Source of the DNA: Gemmatimonadota bacterium | Lineage (GTDB): Bacteria > Gemmatimonadota > Gemmatimonadetes > Longimicrobiales > Gaopeijiaceae | DNA: 64,000 bases | Assembly (NCBI GenBank): GCA_028874985.1 | Contig: JAPPGI010000186.1 | Coordinates: 14,596-78,595, forward strand | Direction: 5' to 3' | In this document: one piece after another, positions 29,132 through 39,165 of the stretch | Numbering within the stretch: position 1 is the stretch's first letter | Layout: each line of letters begins with the position of its first letter | Translations under genes and position numbers: made by a program | The notes under the pieces: generated by a model | Told to the model about the DNA's origin: nothing | What the model saw: the letters and a program-made list of their open reading frames with translations, nothing else | Database searches by the model: none

Positions 29132-30724
29132 ATGAGCGCATCGCCATCCCACCGCCGGTTCATCCGCGAGCCCGACGCCGTCATCGTCGGCAGCGGTGTC
29201 GGGGGCGGCATGGCCGCCCATGCGCTGGTCGGGGCGGGCATGAACGTCGTGATGATCGAGCGCGGGCGGGAGGTGGAGCGCGGCGAGCACAACTGGGCTC
29301 CCGATGCGGCCTTCGAGCTGAGTCCCCACTTCAGCATGGAGAGCCACTACCGGGTCCGGGGAACGAGCCGGGGCCGCAAGGGCACCTTCCAGTGCGTGGG
29401 AGGACCCTCCGTCTTCTACGGGGGGATCGCGCTACGGCTGCGTGCACGGGATTTCGAGCGCCGCGCGGAGATCGTGGGGGCGACGGGCGCGGCCTGGCCG
29501 ATCTCCTACGAAGAGCTGGAGCCGTACTACGGGGCCGTCGAGGGAATCCTCGGCGTGGCGGGCAGGACGTCACGCCATCCGTCCGACCCCGCGGAAGCCG
29601 CCGTGTACCCCTACCGGGCTCCGGCGCTCCTTGGCCCGGCGCGGCTGATCCGGGATGCCGCCGCCGGCCTCGGGCTCGATCCCACCCACCTGCCCCTGGC
29701 GATCGATTTCCGGGGTGACGGCGCCGGAAACGGATCGTGCGTCCGATGCGGCACCTGCGACGGATACATCTGCGCGGTGGGGGCGAAGAGGGAGCCCGCC
29801 GCCGCCATCCTGCCCGCGCTCGTCGGGCGGGGTTTGAAGCTAGTGTCGAACACCGTCGCGGTGCGCATCCTGTGGCGCGGACGGCGGGTCGCCGGAGTCG
29901 TGGGGATCGACAGGAGGAGCGGCCGGCGCACCGTGTTCACCGGAAAGCGGTACATCCTGGCGGGCGGGGCGCTGGGTTCGGCGCACCTCGTGTTGGCCTC
30001 CGGGCTCGAGTGTGCCTCTCCCGCCGGAGACTGGATCGGGCGATGCCTGATGCGGCACTGCAACATCATCACGTATGGTTTCTTCCGCAGACGCCTGGCC
30101 GGCGCCGACGCCTTCCACAAGCAGGTGGGGATCTTCGACTACTACGGACTCCGGGAAGACGAACCCCAGTACGGGGCCCTCCAGTCCATCCACACCCCGC
30201 CCCCCGGATTGATCGCCGCGAGACTGCCCGGGTTCACGCCGCGTTCGCTGGACCCGGTTCTGGCACGGTGCATGGGCCTTCTGGCGATGGCCGAGGACGA
30301 GCCCCGCCGGGAGAACCGGATCGAGGTGAGCCGCACCCTCAGCGACCGCTGGGGGATTCCCCGGGCGACCATCACCCACCGGTACACGCGACGGGACCTC
30401 GCCGCTCGCAGGCACCTCGCGCGCGTGGCCGGGGCCGTGCTGCGGGCGGCGGGGGCCCGCGTGACCGTGAGGCTGCGGATTCACACCTTCTCGCACGCCG
30501 TGGGAACGTTGCGCATGGGCCCGGACCCGGAAACATCCCCGCTGGACCGGTGGTGCCGCTTCCGGGGGGTCGACAATCTCTGGGTGACGGACGGCAGCTT
30601 CATGCCCCGTTCGGGGGCGGTGAACCCCAGCCTGACGATCGCGGCCAACGCTCTGCGCGTGGCGAACCGTATCGCCGGGCGGGCGGCGAAGCGGGTGCGG
30701 GCGGCCGCGGGGAGCGAAGCATGA
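29132..30724 (+). CDS. GMC family oxidoreductase (FAD-dependent)
   Basis: N-terminal FAD fold DAVIVGSGVGGGMAAHAL. C-terminal HAVGTLRMG ... NLWVTDGSFMP motifs. Confidence 0.85.
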   Translation: MSASPSHRRFIREPDAVIVGSGVGGGMAAHALVGAGMNVVMIERGREVERGEHNWAPDAAFELSPHFSMESHYRVRGTSRGRKGTFQCVGGPSVFYGGIALRLRARDFERRAEIVGATGAAWPISYEELEPYYGAVEGILGVAGRTSRHPSDPAEAAVYPYRAPALLGPARLIRDAAAGLGLDPTHLPLAIDFRGDGAGNGSCVRCGTCDGYICAVGAKREPAAAILPALVGRGLKLVSNTVAVRILWRGRRVAGVVGIDRRSGRRTVFTGKRYILAGGALGSAHLVLASGLECASPAGDWIGRCLMRHCNIITYGFFRRRLAGADAFHKQVGIFDYYGLREDEPQYGALQSIHTPPPGLIAARLPGFTPRSLDPVLARCMGLLAMAEDEPRRENRIEVSRTLSDRWGIPRATITHRYTRRDLAARRHLARVAGAVLRAAGARVTVRLRIHTFSHAVGTLRMGPDPETSPLDRWCRFRGVDNLWVTDGSFMPRSGAVNPSLTIAANALRVANRIAGRAAKRVRAAAGSEA

Positions 30725-31692
30725 CCGCGGGCCGACGCGCTCTTCGCGTCCTCATCGTCGGCTCGGGATGGGCGGCCGGGTTGCATGCGCGGCTCCTCTC
30801 GAAGCACCACCGCAACGTCGCACTCATGTTCTGGGGACGCTCCGGCGACCCGGCCCGGGCGCTCGCTGCCAGGTACGGGGCGGAGCGGGTCGCGGGGGAC
30901 TGGGCCGGCGCGGTCGCCGACGAGCGGGTCGACGCCGTGTTCATCACGACGCCGCCGGACACGCACCGCGACATCGCGGTCGCGGCGCTCGACGCCGGCA
31001 AGGACGTGATCGTCGAGAAACCCGCCTTCCTCGACGGCGGCGAGTTCGATGTGGTCGAAGCCGCGGCGGCGCGACACGGGCGGCAGGTGCTGGTGGCCGA
31101 GAACTACCTGTACAAGCCGCTGTTCAGAGCCGTCCGGGAACAGATACGCTCGGGCGCGCTGGGCCGGGTGCGGCTGGTGACCGTCGACGCGGTGAAACGG
31201 CAGGCCGTCGGGGGCTGGCGCGCGGATCCGGCCCGGGCGGGCGGCGGGGCCCTCTTCGAAGGCGGCATCCACTGGGTGGCCTTCCTGGACGCCCTGGGGC
31301 TGACGATACGGCGTGCCCGGGGGTTCTTTCCGGATGCCCCGGGAGGCCAGGAGCGAAGCGCGGTGTTCGTGGTGGAGTACGAGGAGGGCGCGACCGGCGT
31401 GCTGAGCTACTCCTGGGAGATTCCGGGACTGCTGCGCGGCCTGCGCCTCTCCCGGGTCTACGGCACGCGCGGCTCCCTGCTCTTCGAATCGAACGGGCTC
31501 TTCCTGCTGCGGGGCCACCGCCGCCTTTCGTTCCCGCGCCTCTCCGACATGCTGGGATACCGGGCCATGCTCGCCGACTTCGTCAGAGCCCTCACCACGG
31601 GCGCGGAACCCGAATTCACCATCGCCGATGCGCGCAGGTGCGTCGAGCTGATCCAGGACACCTACGACAACGACCCGGAGCGGCATCCGTGA
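30721..31692 (+). CDS. Gfo/Idh/MocA family oxidoreductase
   Basis: The ATG at 30721 overlaps the GMC stop (ATGA). Rossmann LRVLIVGSGWAAGLHA and the family motif VIVEKPA. Confidence 0.8.
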   Translation: MTAGRRALRVLIVGSGWAAGLHARLLSKHHRNVALMFWGRSGDPARALAARYGAERVAGDWAGAVADERVDAVFITTPPDTHRDIAVAALDAGKDVIVEKPAFLDGGEFDVVEAAAARHGRQVLVAENYLYKPLFRAVREQIRSGALGRVRLVTVDAVKRQAVGGWRADPARAGGGALFEGGIHWVAFLDALGLTIRRARGFFPDAPGGQERSAVFVVEYEEGATGVLSYSWEIPGLLRGLRLSRVYGTRGSLLFESNGLFLLRGHRRLSFPRLSDMLGYRAMLADFVRALTTGAEPEFTIADARRCVELIQDTYDNDPERHP

Positions 31693-32492
31693 ATCTCGTC
31701 TGCGAACTGCTGGTGGGCCTTTCCGCCGGCGCCCACACCTCGACCTGGGGGATGTACAAGGACTCCATCCACGAGGGGTTCACCGTGCCGCGCTACCTGC
31801 GGAGCACCTTCGTGAGCCTCGCGTGGGCTCCCGTCGTCGCGCACGTCGCGGACATCGACGCCACGACGGCGGCGGGCATCGTGGTCCTCTTCGGAGTCAC
31901 CTACGCGATGGAGCGGGCCACGACCGAGTTCTGGAAGACCTTCATCCGCGACGAGGACCAGTCGAAGTACTTCATCCCCATGCAGTTTCACGTCTTCGGC
32001 CACGTTCCCAGAGGCCGCGTGGTCCGGCTGCTAGTGGGACTGGGCTACGTGGGCGTGGCGCTTGTCCTGTTGTGGCTGGCCATTCGCGTTCAACCGGCGC
32101 CCGGAACCGGGGGACCGCTCTGGCAGATCCTCCTGGTCGCGAGCGCCGGCGGCTGGTTCTCCGCGTGCGCGGGCGCCTTCAAGGACGCTCCCATCGAGGG
32201 ATTCGAGTGGTTCAAGTTCTTCCGGAGCCCGTTGTGGGCGGCCTTCTACGGCTTCCTGGTCTCGCACTTCGCGACCAGTTACGTGCTGATCGCGCTGGCC
32301 GCGATCGGCTACACGGTGGCCACCCTGGAGACGTACAAGACGTTCTTCTTCCCGTCGAAGCCGCGCGGGAAGTTCGCCGGGAAGCCGGTCACCCACCCGG
32401 AGATGCTGAAGACCAGGCAGAAGTTCGTGCCGCTGTACGCGGGGATCTGGGTGGGGGTGGTGGCGGCGTTCGTGGCGGGGTTCGTGGGGTAG
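31689..32492 (+). CDS. integral membrane protein with internal two-fold repeat, family not recognised
   Basis: The GTG at 31689 overlaps the upstream stop (GTGA). Several hydrophobic helices. Repeated motif GMYKDSIHEGF...YLRS and GAFKDAPIEGF...FFRS. Confidence 0.65.
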   Translation: MNLVCELLVGLSAGAHTSTWGMYKDSIHEGFTVPRYLRSTFVSLAWAPVVAHVADIDATTAAGIVVLFGVTYAMERATTEFWKTFIRDEDQSKYFIPMQFHVFGHVPRGRVVRLLVGLGYVGVALVLLWLAIRVQPAPGTGGPLWQILLVASAGGWFSACAGAFKDAPIEGFEWFKFFRSPLWAAFYGFLVSHFATSYVLIALAAIGYTVATLETYKTFFFPSKPRGKFAGKPVTHPEMLKTRQKFVPLYAGIWVGVVAAFVAGFVG

Positions 32493-32522
32493 GGGGGGAT
32501 TCGGGCCGTCTGGCCCTCGTAC

Positions 32523-33782
32523 TCAGCGGTTCGGATCTCCGATCTCATTGATCTCCACGAAGTCCGCCCAGATGGTACCCTCACCGAAGCAGTTGCTCCC
32601 GCCCAGCGCGACTCCGGTGGCCGCGACGGGCACATCCCCGTTCCCCGGCCAGCCGTCTCCGTCGTCCTTCGGGTGAAACCGAGCGATCTGAACCGTTTCG
32701 TTGTACATCACGGTGAGCGTATCGCTCGACACGCTCAACGCGAGATCGTAGTAGTCGCCGACCCCGGGGATGTCATCCGTGTAGTCCTCGAAGTATCCCT
32801 CCCAGATGGAGTGCCAGCGGTTGTCCGCCGAGTAGCGGACGTAGATGAGAAACGACTCGTCCCAGTGATCGATCTCGAACTGCCAACTCGGGTAGGTCCC
32901 GTCCCCCGTGTGTACCGTGAACTCGGAGCACTGCTCGATGTCGCCCTCTTTCAGGCCCATATACGTGGACGCCACCCAGTCGCCGCGAATGTCCGCGACC
33001 TCTCGCGCGTGTGCCCGAACGACGTTGTAGTCGTCCGTCGGCAGATGGAGAAGCAGGGCCCCGGCCTCCTCGTCCACCTCCACCGATGAGCCGTCCGGGT
33101 CTTCGATATCCCAGGTCTCAAGCGCGCCCGCGCTGTCGAAGTTATCCCGCCACTCAGACGACGACGGCCTCAGTACCTCGACCTGAAACGCCTGTGAAAC
33201 GCTGGCGCCTTCGTAGTCGGTCGCGGTGACCTCGACCTGGGCGCTGCCCGGGTCGGAGCCTGCCGAAATGGTCAGCGTGTCACCGGATACCGAGGCATCC
33301 ACCGTGGCCGGGGCGTCGCTCTCGGCGCCGTAAGCGAGCGGCAGGTTCTCCGGGTCCGTGAAGTAGGGCTTGAGATCAATGGCGACATAGGTATCGGCCG
33401 TGAGATCGCGGTCCGCAATGCTCCGGGCCACCACTGGCGGCTGGTTGACGGCCGTTACCTTGAATGTGAGCGAGACCTCGGCCGAGTCGGGGTCCGTCGC
33501 GACCACCTTGATGTCCGTGGAGCCGATCTTGCCGTATGTGGTCAGCCGGAGCACCGCGCCGCCGACCACGGCATCGGCCACCGTGCGGTCCGTGGATTCG
33601 GCCCGGTACATGAGTGTGTCCCCGTCGTCGTCGGTGAAGTACTCGGACACGTCGAATGCCGTATCGGCCATAGTCGTGATGTCGACATCGGGGATGGTGC
33701 CCACAGCCGTTGGAGATTGGTTTTCCGGCTCCGTCTCCCCGCATGCGATGAGGATGAGGCAGAGGGATGCAAGTCGCTTCAT
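32523..33782 (-). CDS. lipoprotein with two Ig/cadherin-like domains and a C-terminal lectin/jelly-roll-like domain
   Basis: Start MKRLASLCLILIACG (lipobox) at 33782. Two about 95-aa repeats (DVSEYFTDDDGDTL...; DLKPYFTDPENLPL...). Acidic composition. Confidence 0.7.
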   Translation of the reverse strand: MKRLASLCLILIACGETEPENQSPTAVGTIPDVDITTMADTAFDVSEYFTDDDGDTLMYRAESTDRTVADAVVGGAVLRLTTYGKIGSTDIKVVATDPDSAEVSLTFKVTAVNQPPVVARSIADRDLTADTYVAIDLKPYFTDPENLPLAYGAESDAPATVDASVSGDTLTISAGSDPGSAQVEVTATDYEGASVSQAFQVEVLRPSSSEWRDNFDSAGALETWDIEDPDGSSVEVDEEAGALLLHLPTDDYNVVRAHAREVADIRGDWVASTYMGLKEGDIEQCSEFTVHTGDGTYPSWQFEIDHWDESFLIYVRYSADNRWHSIWEGYFEDYTDDIPGVGDYYDLALSVSSDTLTVMYNETVQIARFHPKDDGDGWPGNGDVPVAATGVALGGSNCFGEGTIWADFVEINEIGDPNR

Positions 33783-34085
33783 ATTGGTCTTTCCTCCCAG
33801 TATGGATGTAGTGAGGCGCAGCTCGTCACTCCAGCGCGCTGGGCTCAAGGGCCGCCCACCCAGCCTCGGACTGGACCGAATTCCGAGCGTTGCCACGGGG
33901 AACTACCCAAGCGGCAGGGCTTCGTTCCCGTTGTTCCGGCAACCATGCGCGGACCAACTCCACCCGACCCCACAGGATGCCCAAACTACAAGGCGAGCCG
34001 ACGAGCGGCCCGTTCCGAACCACGGGGACGGGAGCCGGGGGAAGTCGGCACCATCCCCACAGTGAATCGAAAAGGAGTCACCACC

Positions 34086-35216
34086 ATGTTCAGGAAGACG
34101 CTACTCGGTACCCTGCTGCCGGTCGCACTGGTGGCGAACGCGTGCGAAGGCTCCAATGGACCGGCCGCCGGAGCCCGGATCCCCACGTTCGAGGGTTCGA
34201 TCGACCTGCGGATCGGCGAAGTCGATGGAGAGGATCCATACCTGCTCACCTGGGTGCCCGCCGTTGCAACGGATCCTGACGGACGGGTGATCGTGGTGGA
34301 CCAGGGATCGCGACAGGTCAGGGTGTTCGATGCGAAGGGGCGGTTTCTGTTCCACTTCGGGGGGCCGGGCGAGGGCCCCGGCGAGATGGAATGGCCGCCG
34401 TGCTGTGTGGGTTTCGCGCCGGACGGGCGGCTGTGGGTTCGGGAGCGTTTCCGCTATCACGGCTTCCGTCTGGCGGACGGGGGCGCCCGGTACGAGGAGG
34501 GTCTGGCGAGGCATACGGGGCACCGCGCGGCCCCTGTCACCTTCGATTCGATCGGCCGGCTCGTCGATCTGGGGAGCATCATGGTCGGAGGCAAGCTGGT
34601 CGGCGCGAGATTCCACATGGGCCCCGGCACAGCCGTGGATACCGTTCAGATCGGAACCGTCGAGGAGCAGCTCACGGGCCAGGCCTGGTTCATCGAGGGC
34701 CGCATGATGACCCTGGTCGAACAACCGTTCGGGCCCCGCTGGCTCGTCGCGCACGGGCCCGGCGGGGCCTGGGGGGTTGCCGGCAGTTCCGAATACTCCG
34801 TCACGCTTCACCAACCCGACGGGAACACGCTGCATATCGATGGTCCGCCGGGGCCGGGGCCGGCGCTCACAGCGTCCGAACGGGATAGTGCACAGGCCGA
34901 TCTCGACGATCAGCTGGAGGGCCTGAGCGGAGACCCGCCCTTCGGGGTTCCCGACCACAAGCCTCCGATCGCCGAGATCTTCTTCGACCGCGGGGGAAGG
35001 CTGTGGGTGGAGAAGACGGGCGTCCGGGGTGACGAGATGCGCGAGGCCGATGTCTACGACGAAGGCATGCTCGTGGCGCGTTATCGATGGCCCCGCCATG
35101 TCGACCTGGGACACCTCCCGTGGGTCACCGGGTCAGCCCTCTACGGCACGACACGCGACGAGTTGGATGTTGTCCGCGTGGTGCGGGTCCAATTCGAACC
35201 CGCCCGGAGCAACTAG
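34086..35216 (+). CDS. 6-bladed beta-propeller family lipoprotein (intact paralogue)
   Basis: Start MFRKTLLGTLLPVALVANACEGS at 34086. GGPGEGPGEM motif. C-terminal ALYGTTRDELDVVRVVRV, shared with the other paralogues. Confidence 0.75.
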   Translation: MFRKTLLGTLLPVALVANACEGSNGPAAGARIPTFEGSIDLRIGEVDGEDPYLLTWVPAVATDPDGRVIVVDQGSRQVRVFDAKGRFLFHFGGPGEGPGEMEWPPCCVGFAPDGRLWVRERFRYHGFRLADGGARYEEGLARHTGHRAAPVTFDSIGRLVDLGSIMVGGKLVGARFHMGPGTAVDTVQIGTVEEQLTGQAWFIEGRMMTLVEQPFGPRWLVAHGPGGAWGVAGSSEYSVTLHQPDGNTLHIDGPPGPGPALTASERDSAQADLDDQLEGLSGDPPFGVPDHKPPIAEIFFDRGGRLWVEKTGVRGDEMREADVYDEGMLVARYRWPRHVDLGHLPWVTGSALYGTTRDELDVVRVVRVQFEPARSN

Positions 35217-35391
35217 CCCCAGCGCCCGCGTCCGGTGTGTTGAATCCGCACTTCGGAGTCTCGGTCGTATGATCTCCGACCGCGCAGGGTGGCCAGACCG
35301 GCCACGGAAGACCGGAGAGGCAGGGGCAGACAGGGCCGATCCGCCACATGGTGTTGCATTGTCGGCTGTCGTCAGCTTGATTTCGGTCGTC

Positions 35392-36426
35392 ATGCACACT
35401 GGGAAACACGTTCGATTGCTACGCGTCGGTGTCTTGGCCACCGCGCTCCTGAGTTCGGCCTGCCGCGGCACGGCCCCCGAACACGGGGCCTGCACGCCTT
35501 CCGGCGAGCCTCTCCGCGCCGCCTTCTACGCCTTCTTCGAGCCGGTCAGCTACAGTGCCGATCCCGATCCGGTCTCTCCGGGGTTCCACACCCACCTAGG
35601 CTACGAGGCGGACCTGCTCACCGCGCTGGAGGCGATGGAGGGAGCGCGGCTGTCCTTCAGGCGCAGCCCCGTGGCCGAATGGCCCGGAATCTGGCTGCTT
35701 CCCGCGAGGCCGGACGTGGACATCGCGGGCGGGGGCATCACGATCCTGGAGTCCCGAACCCGGAACGACACCGGCGAGGTGGCCGTGGCCTTCACCTCCG
35801 GCCACATCGCCTTCCGCCAGTCGCTGCTGGTGCGCGCGGAAGACGCCGAGCAGTTTTCGGACTACGAAGGGCTGACCCGGGACGTACGGGTCGGCGTGCT
35901 GCGGGGTACGACCGGAGAGGCCCGGCTGCTCCAGATCACGGGGCTCGCCGACGAGGACGGCGTCCTGGCCGCCGGCACCCGGATCGACACTCCAAGGGGC
36001 CCGGTGGTCGCCGACGGCACGCCCGACTATGTGATCACGGCGGCCAGGGCGTCGGCCGTGCTGGACGGCAGGACCCGCATCCATCCGCCGTCCCGGACCA
36101 TGCCCCAGGTCGTCCATCTGGGCGACACCTCGGGCGAGCTGGAGCTTCTGGACGCGTTGCGCGAGGAAACGATCGACGCAGTCGGACGGGGAGAGATCGG
36201 TAACCGCGAGGCTGCCCGCGCCTCGGGTGGCGGCTTCGTGGTCGCCGCGCTCGATTCCCTTGCCGAGTACGGTGGTTTCACGCTCGACGCTCGCGACGCG
36301 GACTTGCGAGCGTGCATCGACGTGAAACTGAAATGGCTCACCCGTGATCGAGAGATCGGCTTTGCGGAGTGGCGCGAGGATCCGATGGTGTTCCTGGAGC
36401 GCGCGCGGCGCTGGGAAGGCGGTTGA
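35392..36426 (+). CDS. periplasmic solute-binding protein (SBP family 3-like)
   Basis: Start MHTGKHVRLLRVGVLATALLSSACRG at 35392. GYEADLLTALEAMEG and GGITILESR resemble amino-acid-binding SBPs. Confidence 0.5.
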   Translation: MHTGKHVRLLRVGVLATALLSSACRGTAPEHGACTPSGEPLRAAFYAFFEPVSYSADPDPVSPGFHTHLGYEADLLTALEAMEGARLSFRRSPVAEWPGIWLLPARPDVDIAGGGITILESRTRNDTGEVAVAFTSGHIAFRQSLLVRAEDAEQFSDYEGLTRDVRVGVLRGTTGEARLLQITGLADEDGVLAAGTRIDTPRGPVVADGTPDYVITAARASAVLDGRTRIHPPSRTMPQVVHLGDTSGELELLDALREETIDAVGRGEIGNREAARASGGGFVVAALDSLAEYGGFTLDARDADLRACIDVKLKWLTRDREIGFAEWREDPMVFLERARRWEGG

Positions 36427-36637
36427 TACGCGGAGCGGGCCATCGACACGGACGCCTTGCCAGCCCGGCAGAGCACTTGAAGCCAGAATCCCGGCAGGAG
36501 ATCACGTAAGTTCAACTCGGACTGCACGATCTGCCGCTCTTGCCGGGACACCGATTCCGACATGCACGGGTCACGGATGCGGGAAAGTCGGAGTTGATTG
36601 GCGGGAAGTTGTGCGACGCCCAGCACCGGGGTCAAGC

Positions 36638-37318
36638 TCACGGGTTCTTTGGCCCGATCCCGGCCGTCTTCAGCATGTCCGCCAGATGGCCCGATTCCAC
36701 GACGACCCGCATGAGGTCCACGCGGCTCTGGACGCCCAGCTTGCTCTTCAGGGACACTCGGTAGTTCGCGACGGTTTTCGGTGCAAGATGGATCCTGCGG
36801 GCGATCTCGTCGGCGGTGTAACCGGTCGCGGTGAGGTACAGGACATCGCGTTCCCGCTCGCTCAGGGAGTCCCAGCCACCAGCGAGGCCCTGCGAGGCGT
36901 TTCGTGCCTTGGAAAGCAGACCGACGACATGCGCGGGGAAGGTCATCCTTCCGGCGGCCACCATGTCGAGGGCTCCGACCAGATCGGAGCGAGCCCGCCG
37001 CTTGCTCAGGCAGCCCATGGCGCCCGCCTCAATCGCGGCCTCGACGTACTCCGGGTCGTCATATGCGGTCAACACCAGCACGCGGACATCCGGGTTCCGC
37101 GCAGTGATCCGTCGGGTCGCGGTAACGCCGTCCATGCCCGGTATGCGGATGTCCATGACCACCAGATCGGGCTTGAGCGCGTCCACCCGCTCGACAGCCG
37201 CTTCACCGGAAGCCTCTCCGACCACATCGTAGCGTTCAGTGAGTTCGATGAGCAGCTTGATTCCGGCGCGGACAACGGCATGGTCGTCGACGAGCACGAC
37301 GCGGCAGGAGTAGCTCAT
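36638..37318 (-). CDS. NarL/LuxR family two-component response regulator
   Basis: Receiver domain VVLVDDH...DLVVMDIRIPGMDG and a C-terminal LuxR HTH (LSERERDVLYLTATGYTADEIARRIHLAPKTVANYR). Confidence 0.9.
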   Translation of the reverse strand: MSYSCRVVLVDDHAVVRAGIKLLIELTERYDVVGEASGEAAVERVDALKPDLVVMDIRIPGMDGVTATRRITARNPDVRVLVLTAYDDPEYVEAAIEAGAMGCLSKRRARSDLVGALDMVAAGRMTFPAHVVGLLSKARNASQGLAGGWDSLSERERDVLYLTATGYTADEIARRIHLAPKTVANYRVSLKSKLGVQSRVDLMRVVVESGHLADMLKTAGIGPKNP

Positions 37319-37935
37319 ACCGGGTCGTCCTCCTCGCGCACGGGCATCCCGATGGGCACTTCGAGCCTGACCGACGTGCCGTCCCGGGGCGGGCTGGCGA
37401 TTGTGAGCCGCCCTCCGGCGATCCGGCTCCGCTCCCGCATGCTACCGAGGCCGACCGACAGATGCGGCTCAAGCTCGTCGGGCGAGAAGCCCGCGCCGGA
37501 ATCGCTGACTTCAGCATACAGCGTCCGGCCCTCCCTCCAGTACCTAAGCTTGGCGCTTCCGGCGCCGCTGTGCCGTTTGGCGTTGTTGAGCAGCTTCCTG
37601 CACGACCCGGAATACGGCCAGACTAGTCTCGGCCCTCAGCGCCCTGCCCGTCCAGCGGATGTCCCGCTCGACGGCGAAGCCCTGCTCCTCCGTGCGCCGG
37701 CAAAGGACGCTGAGCGCGAATTCGAGTCCATGCCCCTCCAACTCGACAGGCATCAGGTCCCGTATGGCCCGATCCAGCGCGTCGTGACACCGGTCCAGAT
37801 CGCCTTGGACGCCCGAGATCATCTCGGGCGCGTCCTCGCCAGCCATTCCCCGTCCCGGGCGATCCACGACCGCTCCGCCTCGGCCGCCAGGACCTTCGCC
37901 GTCGCCACCCTGCGAAGCAGGAGGGTCGCACCCTC
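37315..37935 (-). pseudogene. HisKA_3/HATPase_c histidine kinase remnant (no sensor domain, frameshifted)
   Basis: The last frame gives QEA|LNNAKRHSGA...VSDSGAGF...GLGSMRERSRIAGGRLTI, ending in an ATGA overlap with the regulator start. The dimerisation region (DLMPVELEGHGLEFAL...AVFRVVQEA) is in another frame, switching near 37590. Upstream, ERSWIARD is in a third frame. I found no H-box His. Confidence 0.55.
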
Positions 37936-37987
37936 CTGCTGGAAAGACTCCGGGTGGTCGCTTCCCCGAACCAAGGAGGTGAGTGCG

Positions 37988-38506
37988 ATGAGGATCAGGA
38001 CCCCGTTTTCCCTCGTTCCCGTTCTCGGCCTGGCACTGGCCGGATGCGGCGAGGCCGTCCACCGTGCGGAGGGGGAGGAGGAGAGGAGCCACCCTGCAAC
38101 CATGATGGCTGCGGAAGGAGGAACCATGCTCACCGAGATCATAGACCAGTCCGACGGGGGTCTGCCCGCCATCGTGTGGGACGACTCCGAGCCGTTCAGT
38201 CTCGAAGACCTCACCTATCCCGTGGAGGTGGTCTCGAAGGACCAGGACGGGAATGTCGTGGGCAGGCGGCTTCTCGCTACCGAGGAGGAGGTTTGGGATG
38301 ACTGGGTGCTCGATGCCGCCGAGGTACGGTCGGATCTTCTCAGGGGGCTCGAGACCGACTACGAAGGAGTGGCATCCTTCATACGGCTCGCCCGGGACGA
38401 GTTGGCCACCATACCGGAGCCGGACGACGACCCGGAAGGGACGGCCCTTCTCATTGCGACCATTCGGGATATCAGCCTGGACAGGGGGGAGGGGGAGGAC
38501 GGATGA
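37988..38506 (+). CDS. hypothetical acidic lipoprotein
   Basis: Start MRIRTPFSLVPVLGLALAGCG (lipobox) inside ORF 36344..38506. 172 aa, acidic, no family recognised. Confidence 0.55.
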   Translation: MRIRTPFSLVPVLGLALAGCGEAVHRAEGEEERSHPATMMAAEGGTMLTEIIDQSDGGLPAIVWDDSEPFSLEDLTYPVEVVSKDQDGNVVGRRLLATEEEVWDDWVLDAAEVRSDLLRGLETDYEGVASFIRLARDELATIPEPDDDPEGTALLIATIRDISLDRGEGEDG

Positions 38507-38674
38507 CCCTGGAATCCTTGATACTGGCGGCCTCGGTACTGACCGCCCCCGCCTCCTCCTCCCCGGTTACGGTACCCCCCATGCCCTCTACGGCTACGGT
38601 CGTATGTGCCCCCTCCGATTCCGAAGCCTTCCGTGGTACCGTTAGGAAGGCACGGAAAGTGTTGGCTGTACCTG

Positions 38675-38840
38675 AAAAGGGTTAAGAGGGTCTGCCAGAG
38701 ACAGGGGTGAAACTCCCCCGCCTGCCGGAGGTCCGCCGGGAGGGCGGCAGTCAAGTGTGTCGCGGTGATCCCCGGATGGATCGGCAAGGTGGCCGAGATC
38801 GTGGACTGCTTAATTCAGAGCCGGGGAGACCTGTGGGCGT
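38675..38840 (+). ncRNA. candidate structured RNA with partial cobalamin-riboswitch-like motifs (weak)
   Basis: Lies in a 650-bp non-coding gap. Motifs in order: AAGAGGG, GGGG-TGAAACT-CCCC (38704..38718, compare GGUGnAAnUCC), CCCCCGC, and a B12-box-like AGCCGGGGAGACCTG (38819..38833). The ACUGU core is missing and there is no downstream gene. Confidence 0.2.
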
Positions 38841-39165
38841 TCATTCAGTGCATGGTCGGATGGGACCCCGGAGGGGTGGACGATGACATCCGCCCCGGCT
38901 GACCCCCTGCTCCGCCGGGTCAGCGGGGAGCCCTGCCCATGACCCGGCGGAGCACCCAGGCTATCACCGGAGTCTGGTGGTGGTCACGCTGCTATCGCTT
39001 GCGGCCCGTAGCGGGAAAACGGAGCCGCAGCGGCCGGCCATCACACCGGACCAGGCCGTCACCGTGGTCATGTCCCTGGACTCCCTCCTCGGGACTCACG
39101 GGATCACCAAGGTCTACAGGTCCCCCCGGTGCTCCAGTGTTATCGGAGGCCCGACGAGGAGCGGC

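Noticed and set aside
38503-38685. 60-codon ORF whose ATG overlaps the stop of the upstream lipoprotein gene
   Set aside because: More than a third of its codons end in A or T (ata, gta, gtt, tct, tgt, aaa), unlike all confident genes here. There are no motifs, so it is probably non-coding.
38507-39165. SRP RNA, RNase P RNA, tmRNA or 6S RNA in the long intergenic gap
   Set aside because: There is some resemblance to 4.5S RNA around GGTCCGCCGGGAGGGCGGCAG. However, the GGAA tetraloop/AGCAGCC motif, the RNase P GGAAAGUCCGGGC box, and a tmRNA acceptor/T-arm with a tag ORF are all absent.
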